Below are positions 1-9,729 of a DNA stretch of 61,040 nucleotides, one piece after another. A program made the position numbers and the translations under genes. Origin of the DNA: an uncultured virus (IMG/VR IMGVR_UViG_3300017917_001941) (taxonomy: Duplodnaviria; Heunggongvirae; Uroviricota; Caudoviricetes); the IMG/VR virus record IMGVR_UViG_3300017917_001941. One strand, written 5' to 3'. Under the pieces are notes generated by a model. It was not told the DNA's origin. It searched no databases and saw nothing but the letters and a program-made list of their open reading frames with translations. The first letter of the stretch is position 1, and each line of letters starts with the position of its first letter.

Positions 1-2
1 TT

Positions 3-968
3 TTCTACCATATCCTGGACGCCCTTGAGGACGGGACAATGCTGGTCCTTGTTGGAGATGATGCTCAGCTTCCCTCTGTTGGCCCAGGGAATGTACTTCG
101 TGAGTTGGTTCGATGTCCGGTTATCCCTACAGTCCGCCTTACCCAAATTTTTAGGCAGGCTGAGCAAAGCGACATCATTCTTAATTCTCATCGGATCAAT
201 AGGGGGGAGTCTATTGTCCCCGGTGGTTCTGAGTCGGATTTTCGTTTTGTTCCCATTCAGGACGAGGGCAAGATTGCGGATTTGATCGTTCAGATGGCGA
301 TTAAGTTGAAGAGCCGGGATGCAAACTTTCAGATTTTATCCCCTAAGTATGATGGTCTTGTGGGTGTAACTCACCTGAATGACAGGCTTAGAGAGGTTTT
401 GAATCCCGCTGAGTCTGGAAAAAAGGAGTTCCTAGTCGGGGGTGACCTCAAGTTCCGAGAGGGTGACCGACTTATGGTAGTCAAGAATGACTACAAGCTT
501 GGGGTTTACAATGGGGATATGGGTAAGTTGTTGCAGGTTCAGTATGATCACTTTAGGGTCAAAATCCACGGAATCGGAGAGGATGGGTTGGATGTGATTG
601 TTGAGATCCCCCGTAAAGAGGTTCTTCAAAAGCTACGTCTCGCGTATGCCATTTCCGTGCATAAAAGTCAGGGTTCAGAGTTTGATACAATCATTTTGCC
701 AATGGTGCGAACGCATGGTCGAATGCTCCAGCGAAACCTCTTCTATACTGCTGTAACGAGAGCCAAGAAATGTGTTTGGCTTTTGGGGGATTCCACTTCG
801 ATTCAACGGGCCATTCAAAATGATAACGTGATTTTGCGTAACACGGGGTTTGGGCGTGCAATCCTTTCCGCTGTGGCCTCCGAGGATGTGCACGAGACTG
901 TAGGGCTTGGTGTAATGTCTGGGGATGAGCAATTCAAGGTTGCCTCTGTCGGAGGCTCAAAAAACTAG
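3..968 (+). CDS. recD2: RecD2-like SF1B helicase, C-terminal part (5'-truncated by the window)
   Basis: LVGDDAQLPSVGPG, LTQIFRQ, NGDMG, LAYAISVHKSQGSEF, LFYTAVTRAK; the frame is open from base 3, so the ATG at 39 is internal. Confidence 0.92.
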   Translation, partial: FYHILDALEDGTMLVLVGDDAQLPSVGPGNVLRELVRCPVIPTVRLTQIFRQAEQSDIILNSHRINRGESIVPGGSESDFRFVPIQDEGKIADLIVQMAIKLKSRDANFQILSPKYDGLVGVTHLNDRLREVLNPAESGKKEFLVGGDLKFREGDRLMVVKNDYKLGVYNGDMGKLLQVQYDHFRVKIHGIGEDGLDVIVEIPRKEVLQKLRLAYAISVHKSQGSEFDTIILPMVRTHGRMLQRNLFYTAVTRAKKCVWLLGDSTSIQRAIQNDNVILRNTGFGRAILSAVASEDVHETVGLGVMSGDEQFKVASVGGSKN

Positions 969-1338
969 ATTTCGGGAGTCCCTCTCTTCCATTCAAGTGG
1001 ATAAGGTTACGGTTTCTTTTTCGATTGAGGAAAGAGACCTTAGTGGGCGAAAGAAGAGTGTGTTTGTGTCTCTTACTGCGTCAAGGGGGGCTGGTGCGGA
1101 GGTACCACAGATGCATGAGGATTCTAGGCCTACTGGTTATACAATGGAAGAGGCTAGAATTGTCAGGCTTGCCCTTTCAAGGGAAGTTGTGAAGGCGGCA
1201 TATGATGATGCTTTCCGGAGACGTGTCCTTTCCCGGGACGAAGAGACCTTATTTGAGATGAAGACGGTCTTAAAGAGCTATACAGATATTTTGGACCAAG
1301 TGGTTGGTGTTGATGCTGACTCTAAGGGTGGCCCTTAG
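925..1338 (+). CDS. Hypothetical protein
   Basis: 137-aa ORF co-directional with neighbours, preceded by a GGTG-TAATGT -10-like element; no motif recognised. Confidence 0.6.
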   Translation: MSNSRLPLSEAQKTRFRESLSSIQVDKVTVSFSIEERDLSGRKKSVFVSLTASRGAGAEVPQMHEDSRPTGYTMEEARIVRLALSREVVKAAYDDAFRRRVLSRDEETLFEMKTVLKSYTDILDQVVGVDADSKGGP

Positions 1339-1351
1339 TGATTGATGTGAG

Positions 1352-2272
1352 GTGAGTATGGACCAGAAGAGGGTTGATGAGATCTATCGAATCATCGAAC
1401 GCTTGCAAATCGACCTAGATCCAGATCCGACTATTTTGGGCCCTCGGTATATTATGGACAAGGTTGCCAAGTGCCGGAATAACGTCAACATTGTGTCTCA
1501 GATTCGTCAAACTATCGCTCGTGAGCGTCGTGAGTTGAAGAGGCAGTTGGCTGGTGAAGAGGCGATGTTCTCTATCGAGCGGGATCAACTTCTTGCCAGT
1601 GATGAGACTGTACGGAGGCAACCGAATATCCGGGATCGCGAGGCTGTGGTTAACACCCTCCTTCGGGAGCGTCTGTATAGGATCTCAAACCTTAAGGCAG
1701 ACATCATGGATCTAGATACCGTGGAACAGCCTGTGAAGATGGTTCATGATGAGCTCACCAGAACGGCGACTGAAATCAGGACCCAGCGATCAATGATCCA
1801 AGCTGATCGTATTTCCGGAGCAGGTTATGGGGACGAGTCCGAAAAAGAATCTCGTGGGTTGATTCAGGAGGACTCAATTGATGAGGACGAGCTTGATCGC
1901 ATTATGCGGGAGGAGGCTCCTCTGGTTGTGCCAAAAACTATAACCTCAAGGGTTATACCCGACTTAGCACATCCTGAAATCTCCGAGCCTTCTAAGGCGC
2001 CTGAGGTACCCCTTGTAGTTCAGGAGGTGTCTGTTTCTGAAGCTTCGATTGGGGTACCTGAGGAAACCCCAGCTAATCCAGAAGAGGTTTTAGGGTCACT
2101 TCCCCCTGAAGTTTCAGAGTCTTCGGAGGATCCTGATATAGCTAAGTTTTTGGCAAAAGAGGAGCCTGTTGTAAAAACTAAGCCCAAGCCCTCGAAGAAA
2201 TCGAAAGCGGATCCTCCCCCGGAGCAGTCAGAGGATGGAATTAACTTTGAGGATATTTTGAAGGGCCTCTGA
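1352..2272 (+). CDS. Helical N-domain plus acidic/Pro-rich tail protein (possible recombination mediator)
   Basis: GAGG before the start; ~150-aa helical N-half, disordered acidic C-half ending DGINFEDILKGL; function inferred only from context. Confidence 0.5.
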   Translation: MSMDQKRVDEIYRIIERLQIDLDPDPTILGPRYIMDKVAKCRNNVNIVSQIRQTIARERRELKRQLAGEEAMFSIERDQLLASDETVRRQPNIRDREAVVNTLLRERLYRISNLKADIMDLDTVEQPVKMVHDELTRTATEIRTQRSMIQADRISGAGYGDESEKESRGLIQEDSIDEDELDRIMREEAPLVVPKTITSRVIPDLAHPEISEPSKAPEVPLVVQEVSVSEASIGVPEETPANPEEVLGSLPPEVSESSEDPDIAKFLAKEEPVVKTKPKPSKKSKADPPPEQSEDGINFEDILKGL

Positions 2273-2437
2273 GGCTAGAACTGTTATTCCATTGGTGTAC
2301 TCTATCTAAGCGGTACACTACCCGACCTGAATAGTTCATCCTGTCATTGTGGTGTACCACACAATCCAAAGCACCGACCAGGTCCCCAGCACTACCTACC
2401 ACGTATCTGGGGCCATGTCCTTTGCACGGAGATAATC

Positions 2438-3313
2438 ATGAGTGAAACCGAATTTGATACTGATTTGCCTAACCTTGACGATGATGGGTCTATTGGCCTA
2501 GGGGACGAGGATAAAGGCAAGGTCAATTCCAACCAGCAAGAGTGGTATAAGGGTGAAAAGGGGCGTACTGACCGTATTGCTCTTGTCTACTTTAATACCC
2601 TTGAGATGACTCATCTTCGGCGAGCCCTACGTCAAAAGCCGGATCTCACGAATGAGCAGAAGAAGGCCCTTATTGCGAAGCTGAAACAGCAGCTTGCAGA
2701 GAAGTTGAGTAAGTCCATTGACCAGCTAGATGGGGTAGACTTACTTGATCTAAACGAGGCTAGATTCAAGCCGATTAGGGCATCCTTTAAGCAAAATCTC
2801 GGGTACTTCTCCTGGCCTAAAAGTATCACAGCTGAGGAAGAGAAGGTTTGGAGGAAGTCCGGAGAGCCAAAGGACTATGTCTGTACTGTGGTTCTTTGGT
2901 ACCCTACTGACCGAGAGGGGGAGATCGATAGAGATCGACTGCCAAAAGGTTGGAGAGTCTTACCTTGGAGATTTTCCCCAGATAAGTGGGATGTTATCCG
3001 TAAGATCAACCGAGGACTAATCGAGAGTCAAAGTTCTGTATCCAGGATTGACCTGAATATTTCCTGCACTGATACCCAGTACCAAAAAATAACGATTACT
3101 CAGGCCGGACCTGCATTATACCAGAGAAACGATTCCTTTCGACGGGCGGTCCTGGAAAAGGCTTTGCCTCTTTACGCGAAGCTGAATCCTTTCCGCGAAA
3201 TGACTACTGATGAACTCCGGGAAAAGCTCGGCATGGCCCCGTCAGGTGGCGGTGGAGGCTCTGGGGCAGATTTCTCGGATGGCGACCTTAGCAACGTTCT
3301 AGCTGGAGTCTGA
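2438..3313 (+). CDS. Putative single-stranded DNA-binding protein
   Basis: GGAG RBS; acidic termini, Gly linker then DFSDGDLSNVLAGV tail; aromatic-rich core; own terminator; lies upstream of RuvC/RecA. Confidence 0.45.
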   Translation: MSETEFDTDLPNLDDDGSIGLGDEDKGKVNSNQQEWYKGEKGRTDRIALVYFNTLEMTHLRRALRQKPDLTNEQKKALIAKLKQQLAEKLSKSIDQLDGVDLLDLNEARFKPIRASFKQNLGYFSWPKSITAEEEKVWRKSGEPKDYVCTVVLWYPTDREGEIDRDRLPKGWRVLPWRFSPDKWDVIRKINRGLIESQSSVSRIDLNISCTDTQYQKITITQAGPALYQRNDSFRRAVLEKALPLYAKLNPFREMTTDELREKLGMAPSGGGGGSGADFSDGDLSNVLAGV

Positions 3314-3328
3314 GACGACGGATAGCAG

Positions 3329-3363
3329 AGCGGAAGGCATCTTTTCTGTGCCTTCCGCTTTTT
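3329..3363 (+). terminator. Intrinsic terminator
   Basis: AGCGGAAGGCA / TGCCTTCCGCT 11-bp stem followed by a T run, shortly after the stop at 3313. Confidence 0.75.
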
Positions 3364-3380
3364 GCGAAAGGGAGAGATCT

Positions 3381-4025
3381 ATGCTCTCGATCGGGCTAGA
3401 TCCGTCCATGACGGGCTTTGGCTGGTGTGTGCACAACCCTTGGGCTGTAGGTAAGAGTAGGGTTGTGGATAAGGGGCGTTTTGAAACCTCCTCAAAACAG
3501 GTTTTTGTGGCTCGGTACCTAGAGTTAAGGTCCTGTGTTTCTGCACTTCTGGATCGTTTCCCCGAGTCCAAGATCGTGGGCGTGGAGTCCCCTCCTTTTG
3601 GTGAGCGGTGGAGTGAGGGTCTGTATGGCCTGTTTTTGTATGTGAATGAGGCAATTTATCTGCATAGGAAGGATGTGGTGTATTTTGACCCGGCCACCGT
3701 CAAGAGTCTGGCTAAGGAGGACCCTGAGTTACGCAAGGGTAAGATGTTTAAGGCCGACATGGTGGTGATGGCAAAAGCCGATACTGGTATCGGTCGGTGG
3801 AACAATGACGAGGCCGATGCGTACCACATAGCTCGTTTTGCAGCCAGATTTTGGTTACTTTTGGAGGGGCACATTACTGAAGAAGTTTTGTTGCCTTCGG
3901 AGAGACACACATTTTTGCAGTCTCATACTTTCGTTAGAGGCAAGCATCTCGGGGAAACACATAAGATTGGAACTATCTTTCGTGAGGGAGAGAGGTTCTT
4001 TCGGTTTTCTAAGTTGGAGGCATAA
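3381..4025 (+). CDS. ruvC: RuvC-like Holliday junction resolvase
   Basis: IGLDPSMTGFGW, VGVES, PATVK, NDEADA acidic catalytic pattern; GGAGAG before ATG 3381. Confidence 0.8.
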   Translation: MLSIGLDPSMTGFGWCVHNPWAVGKSRVVDKGRFETSSKQVFVARYLELRSCVSALLDRFPESKIVGVESPPFGERWSEGLYGLFLYVNEAIYLHRKDVVYFDPATVKSLAKEDPELRKGKMFKADMVVMAKADTGIGRWNNDEADAYHIARFAARFWLLLEGHITEEVLLPSERHTFLQSHTFVRGKHLGETHKIGTIFREGERFFRFSKLEA

Positions 4026-6547
4026 TGGCGGCAAGGAAAAAAGATACAGGTCTTTCTGAGTTAGATGCAAAGCGAAAGGAACGTGCGGAGCAGGTCATTG
4101 CTATGATCGCCAAGGCCACCAAGCAGAAACCTCTTGGTACTCAAGAAGGTACTTGGCCCCATATTCCGTCTGGCGCTCTCACAGTTGATAATTTGATTGG
4201 CGGGCAGCCACTTTCTGATGGTAGCGGGATGATTTGCCCTGGATATCCGCGTGGTCGAATGATTGAGATATTTGGACCGGAGTCGTCCGGCAAGTGCCTT
4301 ACTCAAGACACCTATATTTCGACCGGTCTTGGTCTTCTCACCTTAGGCGAGCTTATCGAGTCCATTGGAGATATACCTTCTTGTTCTGCTCGAATCAAGA
4401 CGGGGCTTAACATACCTCTAACCAATAGATACGGGGGGCATGAGTGTGCAACTGCAATTACCTGGAATAATCGCAGAAGGGTACTTGGTATTCTGGCCTC
4501 GGATGGAACTCTAATTCGGTCTACCCTAAATCACCCCCATCTTATCCTACAGGATGGGTACCATGTTTGGAGGAAAACCAAAGACCTTAGCCCAGGGGAT
4601 TGGTTGGTGGTGCAGCCCCATGCACCTTGTTTCGGGAATACCACTCTAGAGGCGGACCAGGCATACCTTCTTGGTATATTGGTGGCAGACGGAAGCTTTG
4701 GAGATACACGAGTAAGTGTTACCAACGATCACCCGGGGGTCATTCAGGTTCTACGTGAAGTGGGTCCTATTTTATTGGGAGTACAACCTAAAGAGTACAC
4801 TGCGGGAGGAAGCCTAGACCTCCACTTCAGCAGTAAGGAGTTGGTAGGTAACTTCTATAAGGAGTGGGGTTTATCTCCATGTGTAGACTCAGGTAAACAC
4901 TTCCCGGTTTCTATGCGCACACTCACTGAGGAGTCTACCGGTCAACTTTTAGCTGGTTACCTTGATTGCGAGGCATCCTATTGTGAAGGGGTTTTTGAGG
5001 TTACCAGTGCCTCTCACTTGCTACTTCGTCAGGTGCAGTTGCTGCTTCGAGGCTTTGGAGTTTTTTCTACTGTGCACCCCAAGCAGGTAAGTCAGTTTGG
5101 CTTGGGCTTGGATAGCTTCCTGTCCCTCGACCCCGAGGCCCACGATCTCGAGGACTTCCAGTACTCGGACACACCCTATTGGAGATTGTTTGTGACTGGG
5201 GGGGACCTAGGAACCCTTCAATGTAGCATTCCTTTCCGTCGTAACTTCGGGTTCCCTCCGGTAAGCACTAGACTAACTAGGACAGTTCCTGGGATTCAAC
5301 ACTTGGTTAAAGCGCTTTATGAGGGAGCTTCAGCGACCACTAGAGCCCATAGCAGACTAGCGGGAGACCTTCTGACGGGAGCCTCACAGAGTGCTAGTGC
5401 CTTGTTGACTATGTTGGACCAAGTTGACTGGGTTGGCTCTAATCCGATTTTAGTTGATCACCTACGGGAGTTGGCTCGGTATGAGTATGTGAAGGTGGAG
5501 GCTATTACAGAGGAGGGGGACCAGCCAACTTTCGACTTGGTTGTTCCTGGGACACACTCATTTATTGCAGAGGGGAGAGTAAATCATAATACAACACTTG
5601 CCTTAGCCTCGGTTGTATCGGTTCAGAAGGCGGGTGGTTTGGCTATGTTTCTAGACTATGAGAATGCGCTCCATCATGGGTATGCTAAGGCGATTGGAGT
5701 GAACTTCTCCCCTGACAAGCTCTTGTATTATGCTCCTTCTACCTTGGAAGAGGGCATGAAAATGCTGTACATTGCCATTCGTCAGAAGCTTGACTTGGTG
5801 GTTCTCGACTCGGTGGCAGCTATGGTTCCGGCGAAGGAGTTGGAAAAGAACATAGATGATGCCGCTGCGATTGGTGCCCTTGCCAGGGCAATGTCCACGA
5901 TTCTTCCGAAAATGGTTCAGTGGCTCAAGGAAGCCCCAACCCTTGTGACATTTTTGAACCAGACTCGTTCCCTTATTTCGTCCAACTCTAACGCGGGGGA
6001 GGATAATACGGCGGGTGGCAAGGCAGTGAAGTTTTACGCCAGCTTAAGGCTCAAGCTCACTCGTCTTCGTTCTGATGTGGTTGAACGTCCGGACCCTGTG
6101 ACACTCAAGAAAAAGAAAATCCCCTATGGTAACCTGGTTGATGTCAAGGTTGTTAAAAACAAAATGGCAGGAACCCAGGGACACAAGGGGACTATCTTCA
6201 TTCGGTATGGTGCTGGAGTTGATGAGTATCTTTCTGCAATCGAGGGTGCTATTCCTCGCAAGATCATAACTCAAAGTGCCTCTACCTATAACTTTAAGGG
6301 CGAGACATTCAAGGGTAGGGATCGTCTTCGTAGCTTTTTAATTGACAACCCGAAGGCTTTTGAGGAGATAAAGGCCAAAGTTACCGAGGCTCTCATTTCT
6401 GAAACTCCTAAGGTTGTGGAGGAAGTGGAGGATGAGGACATAATTTCCGACATGAATAGGGAACTCGGAGACGACGATATATTGGAGAGTGACGAGGGGG
6501 TCGAGGATATTGAGCACTCCGTAGAGGAGTCCTTAGAGGCCTCATGA
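4025..6547 (+). CDS. recA: RecA recombinase precursor containing an intein
   Basis: GYPRGRMIEIFGPESSGK...TTLAL, FLDYENAL, LVVLDSVAAMVP, FLNQTR, GGKAVKFYAS, VKVVKNK; acidic tail. Confidence 0.95.
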   Translation: MAARKKDTGLSELDAKRKERAEQVIAMIAKATKQKPLGTQEGTWPHIPSGALTVDNLIGGQPLSDGSGMICPGYPRGRMIEIFGPESSGKCLTQDTYISTGLGLLTLGELIESIGDIPSCSARIKTGLNIPLTNRYGGHECATAITWNNRRRVLGILASDGTLIRSTLNHPHLILQDGYHVWRKTKDLSPGDWLVVQPHAPCFGNTTLEADQAYLLGILVADGSFGDTRVSVTNDHPGVIQVLREVGPILLGVQPKEYTAGGSLDLHFSSKELVGNFYKEWGLSPCVDSGKHFPVSMRTLTEESTGQLLAGYLDCEASYCEGVFEVTSASHLLLRQVQLLLRGFGVFSTVHPKQVSQFGLGLDSFLSLDPEAHDLEDFQYSDTPYWRLFVTGGDLGTLQCSIPFRRNFGFPPVSTRLTRTVPGIQHLVKALYEGASATTRAHSRLAGDLLTGASQSASALLTMLDQVDWVGSNPILVDHLRELARYEYVKVEAITEEGDQPTFDLVVPGTHSFIAEGRVNHNTTLALASVVSVQKAGGLAMFLDYENALHHGYAKAIGVNFSPDKLLYYAPSTLEEGMKMLYIAIRQKLDLVVLDSVAAMVPAKELEKNIDDAAAIGALARAMSTILPKMVQWLKEAPTLVTFLNQTRSLISSNSNAGEDNTAGGKAVKFYASLRLKLTRLRSDVVERPDPVTLKKKKIPYGNLVDVKVVKNKMAGTQGHKGTIFIRYGAGVDEYLSAIEGAIPRKIITQSASTYNFKGETFKGRDRLRSFLIDNPKAFEEIKAKVTEALISETPKVVEEVEDEDIISDMNRELGDDDILESDEGVEDIEHSVEESLEAS
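4295..5590 (+). mobile_element. Intein (432 aa) with LAGLIDADG endonuclease domain, inserted in the RecA Walker A motif
   Basis: Starts CLTQDT after GPESSGK; block B STLNHPH; YLLGILVADG and LLAGYLDCEA; ends TFDLVVPGTHSFIAEGRVNHN followed by Thr. Confidence 0.93.
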
Positions 6548-7773
6548 TTGAGATAGAGGTCACAGGCTTTCAATCCATCGAAATTCTTCGATTGACTATT
6601 GAAGGGTTTACGGCTCTTGTTGGGCGATCCAACATTGGTAAGTCTGCTGTGATTCGTGCACTCAAGTGTGCACTAACGAACAGCCTGGGAACCTCCTTCG
6701 TTCGTCACGGGGAGTTCTGTGCTCGGACTCTTCGTGGCGCGAAGACTTGTAAGTGCTTTGCTTCTGTTCACATCAAGATGGATGGGTTTGACCTTCTTTG
6801 GGAGAAGGGTGATTCTGTTAATCGATATGTTTTCAACGGTGTGGAGTACGATAGACCGGGCCAAGGCATTCCTGACTTCTTGGTGACTAGCGGATTCTCT
6901 CCTGTCAAGGTTGGAGATGATGTGGGTTGCATTCAGGTTGCAGATCAATTTTTCCCCATATTTATGCTCAACCAAAGTGGACCGGCTATCGCCGAGGCTA
7001 TCTCGGATGTGGCGAGGTTGGATCGTATAAACAAGGCCACCAAGCTGGTTGAACGAGATCGCAGGGAGGCAATTTCTACGAAGAAGGTTCGGGAAAAGGA
7101 TGCTCAGGAGTTACGGGTACGCCTGAATGGGTTTCAGGGCTTAGATAGAGCCCTTGATAAGTCGAGTGAGGTAGAGTTTCAACTCGCCACTGTCGAAGTT
7201 GTTGAGGAACGAGTGGCGCTTTTAGCTAGATATGTCATCTCGAAAAATTCCCTGACTGATAGGATTCTGGACCTCGCTAACATTGGGGCGGTGCAAATCC
7301 CAGAAGTGGATCCGGTACTCAAGTCTCACACTAAGGCCAAGAAGCTCACGAAGTTTGCGTTTGAGATGGATCAACGAGTTTCGAACTATAAGGCAGTAGA
7401 GTGGGTCGAGAAGTTCCTTGGTAAAATCCCGGATGTGGAGCCTGTCATTTCGGCTCAGGCTACTGTAGTTAAGCTTGACCGATGGATCGTCAAACTACGT
7501 TCATTCAAAGAACGGTTCCTGTTTTTGGATGGGGCCGTAAGGGCAGAGATCCCCTCTCTTGACGAAGTTGCTACTCTTCAAAAGAGGGTTTACTGCATGA
7601 GCCAATATCTTGCGAAGGTGGATGCCCTGGAGGCTTCCATTGAGGTCATGAAAGCTAAGCTCAAGGTGGCGTCTGAGGAAGAGCGTAAAGTCATGGCTGA
7701 GGCTGAGGCTCTTGGGGTTTGCCCTGCTTGTACTCGTCCATTTCAGGTTGGAGGGGAGCACACGCATGCCTAG
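6544..7773 (+). CDS. sbcC: SbcC/Rad50-like ATPase, N-terminal half ending in a CxxC zinc hook
   Basis: IEVTGFQS, Walker A GRSNIGKS, Q-loop ADQFFP, helical arm, C-terminal GVCPACTRPF; no signature/Walker B motif in this ORF. Confidence 0.85.
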   Translation: MIEIEVTGFQSIEILRLTIEGFTALVGRSNIGKSAVIRALKCALTNSLGTSFVRHGEFCARTLRGAKTCKCFASVHIKMDGFDLLWEKGDSVNRYVFNGVEYDRPGQGIPDFLVTSGFSPVKVGDDVGCIQVADQFFPIFMLNQSGPAIAEAISDVARLDRINKATKLVERDRREAISTKKVREKDAQELRVRLNGFQGLDRALDKSSEVEFQLATVEVVEERVALLARYVISKNSLTDRILDLANIGAVQIPEVDPVLKSHTKAKKLTKFAFEMDQRVSNYKAVEWVEKFLGKIPDVEPVISAQATVVKLDRWIVKLRSFKERFLFLDGAVRAEIPSLDEVATLQKRVYCMSQYLAKVDALEASIEVMKAKLKVASEEERKVMAEAEALGVCPACTRPFQVGGEHTHA

Positions 7774-8740
7774 GATTGCTTTCCTTTTTAGGACTGACGT
7801 TCATTTGTCTGACCGTTCCCCTATGTCTTGGAAAGGTGACTATGCTGAAGAGATCTGGGCCAACTTGGATCAAATCGGCAAGCTTGCCAAAGAGCATGAG
7901 GTTAGGGCTGTATTAGACGGAGGGGATTACTTTCATGTTAAGTCCCCAGCTAAGAACCCGCATCACCTAAACGAGAAATCTGCAAGGATTCATCGAGGCT
8001 ACCCTTGTCCAACCTATTGCGTTGAGGGGAATCATGACTTGACGTATAACAGCTTGGAGAGCCTAGCCAGACAGCCTCTCGGGGTTCTTTACGCAAGTGG
8101 GGTATTCAATCACCTGAGGGAAGAGGTTTTTGAGGACGGTGACCTTCGGGTTAGGGTTGTGGGTGTCCCCTATAGTCCGAATCGAAGCTTAGCAGATATG
8201 CTAAGTATTCAAAAAAAGCGAGGTGATACACACTTAATCGCTGTGGTGCATTCGCTTGCCTCAAAGAGTCCACCCCCTTCGGTTGCAGACTTTTGGAATG
8301 AGCCAGTCTTTTCCTATGAGTCATTGGTAACACGAAATGGCCCAGATTGTTGGTTCTTTGGTCATTGGCATAAGGACCAGGGAATTGAAGTGGTTGGTGG
8401 GAAACAGTTTATTAATCAAGGGGCAGTGTCTCGTGGATCGCTAGTTCGGGAAAACCTTGAACGGACTCCTAAGGTAGCCCTTATCGAGTTTGATGGCAAA
8501 GGTCTTAAAGTAGCTGCGATTTCTCTTTCAGTTGCGCCTCCTTCGGATGTATTTGATTTAGAAAAGAAGGCCCTTCAGGAACGCGAACGGCACGACATCG
8601 ACCAGTTCGTCTTACGTTTGATGTCAGACGGGGCTGTCGATCCCGATGCTACGATTGAGGATAACGTGAGATCTTTGGATTTCGCCGATGATGTCCGGAG
8701 TGAGGCCCTTCGATACCTTGAAATGGCGGAGAACGGATGA
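7766..8740 (+). CDS. sbcD: SbcD/Mre11-like metallophosphoesterase nuclease
   Basis: TDVH, GGDYFH, EGNHD, VVH, FGHWH, NQGA; GGAGGGG RBS before ATG 7766. Confidence 0.9.
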   Translation: MPRIAFLFRTDVHLSDRSPMSWKGDYAEEIWANLDQIGKLAKEHEVRAVLDGGDYFHVKSPAKNPHHLNEKSARIHRGYPCPTYCVEGNHDLTYNSLESLARQPLGVLYASGVFNHLREEVFEDGDLRVRVVGVPYSPNRSLADMLSIQKKRGDTHLIAVVHSLASKSPPPSVADFWNEPVFSYESLVTRNGPDCWFFGHWHKDQGIEVVGGKQFINQGAVSRGSLVRENLERTPKVALIEFDGKGLKVAAISLSVAPPSDVFDLEKKALQERERHDIDQFVLRLMSDGAVDPDATIEDNVRSLDFADDVRSEALRYLEMAENG

Positions 8741-9717
8741 GTTACTATCCAGGTGTCAACTACATTTCTTATTCAGGGTACAAGCTCTACATTCAGTGTC
8801 CGTTTGCCTATTGGCATCGCTATGTCAATAAGACTAGCTTGCCAACTCCGGAGAATGGACTAGGGACCCTTTACGGCTCTACCATTGGTATGGTATTCGA
8901 GGCGTTTTACCGTGATCGTATTTGGAAGCGCGATGATTATGAGAACGTACTCCAGGATCTTGTGTTACCTTACTACCATAAGGCTGTGAAAGACCAGGAG
9001 AGGCAAGGTAGGATCATTGATTGGTCGGATGAAAATGCCACAAAAACGTATAGGAACCAGGAGCAGTTGATTGGTGATGTGAGAGAGTCGATCCCTAGGG
9101 GTATTCAGACCATTAGGCAGAACCGGCTGATGGGACCATTTATGGAGGCCGAGTTGAAGCTAGATTGCAGGTTTGGTCATTATACTATTGGAGGACGTGC
9201 TGACTTCGTGATACGGCGGACTAGTCCACATGGGGATCTGGTGATCCTAGACGGAAAGGGATCAAAGCATCGAGAGAAGTATGTGGACGGGCATGCTACT
9301 AAGCCAGGTTCCGCAGTTGAGGGGCTTCAGCTTAAGTGGTACGCTGCCCTTTATCGAGAGATATTTAGAACTCCTCCCGACGCTATTGGCTATATTTTTT
9401 GGAAGTTCGGCGGTGCGAAGGCAATGGAATGGGTACCCTTCGATAGCACCGACTTGGACAACTTAAAGAGTGAGGTGCTTTCTAGTTTGCAGAGGATTGA
9501 TAACCTGGTTCAACGGCTTATGGAAGTTTCGGGCAAGCCTCAAACATGGGACGACTTACGTCAAGAGTTTTTTTCTGCACAACCGGGAGAGGGTTGCCGC
9601 CTCTGTTCGTATGTGACGGCCTGTGAGGAGGGTCAGAAGAAGACCAAATCGTTTCGCCGTGCTCGTTTTGAGCTTCCGGAAGGTGTAAATGACCTGACAC
9701 TCGGACTCGATGATTGA
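8737..9717 (+). CDS. PD-(D/E)xK nuclease, AddB/Cas4-like, with a probable Fe-S staple
   Basis: ISYSGYKLYIQCP, GRADFV, ILDGKG, QLKWYA, C-terminal CRLCSYVTAC. Confidence 0.85.
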   Translation: MSYYPGVNYISYSGYKLYIQCPFAYWHRYVNKTSLPTPENGLGTLYGSTIGMVFEAFYRDRIWKRDDYENVLQDLVLPYYHKAVKDQERQGRIIDWSDENATKTYRNQEQLIGDVRESIPRGIQTIRQNRLMGPFMEAELKLDCRFGHYTIGGRADFVIRRTSPHGDLVILDGKGSKHREKYVDGHATKPGSAVEGLQLKWYAALYREIFRTPPDAIGYIFWKFGGAKAMEWVPFDSTDLDNLKSEVLSSLQRIDNLVQRLMEVSGKPQTWDDLRQEFFSAQPGEGCRLCSYVTACEEGQKKTKSFRRARFELPEGVNDLTLGLDD

Positions 9718-9729
9718 GGTGCTCCTACT

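Noticed and set aside
8737..9717. Cas4 of a CRISPR system
   Set aside because: No cas1/cas2 or array; it lies in a recombination cluster where such nucleases are common
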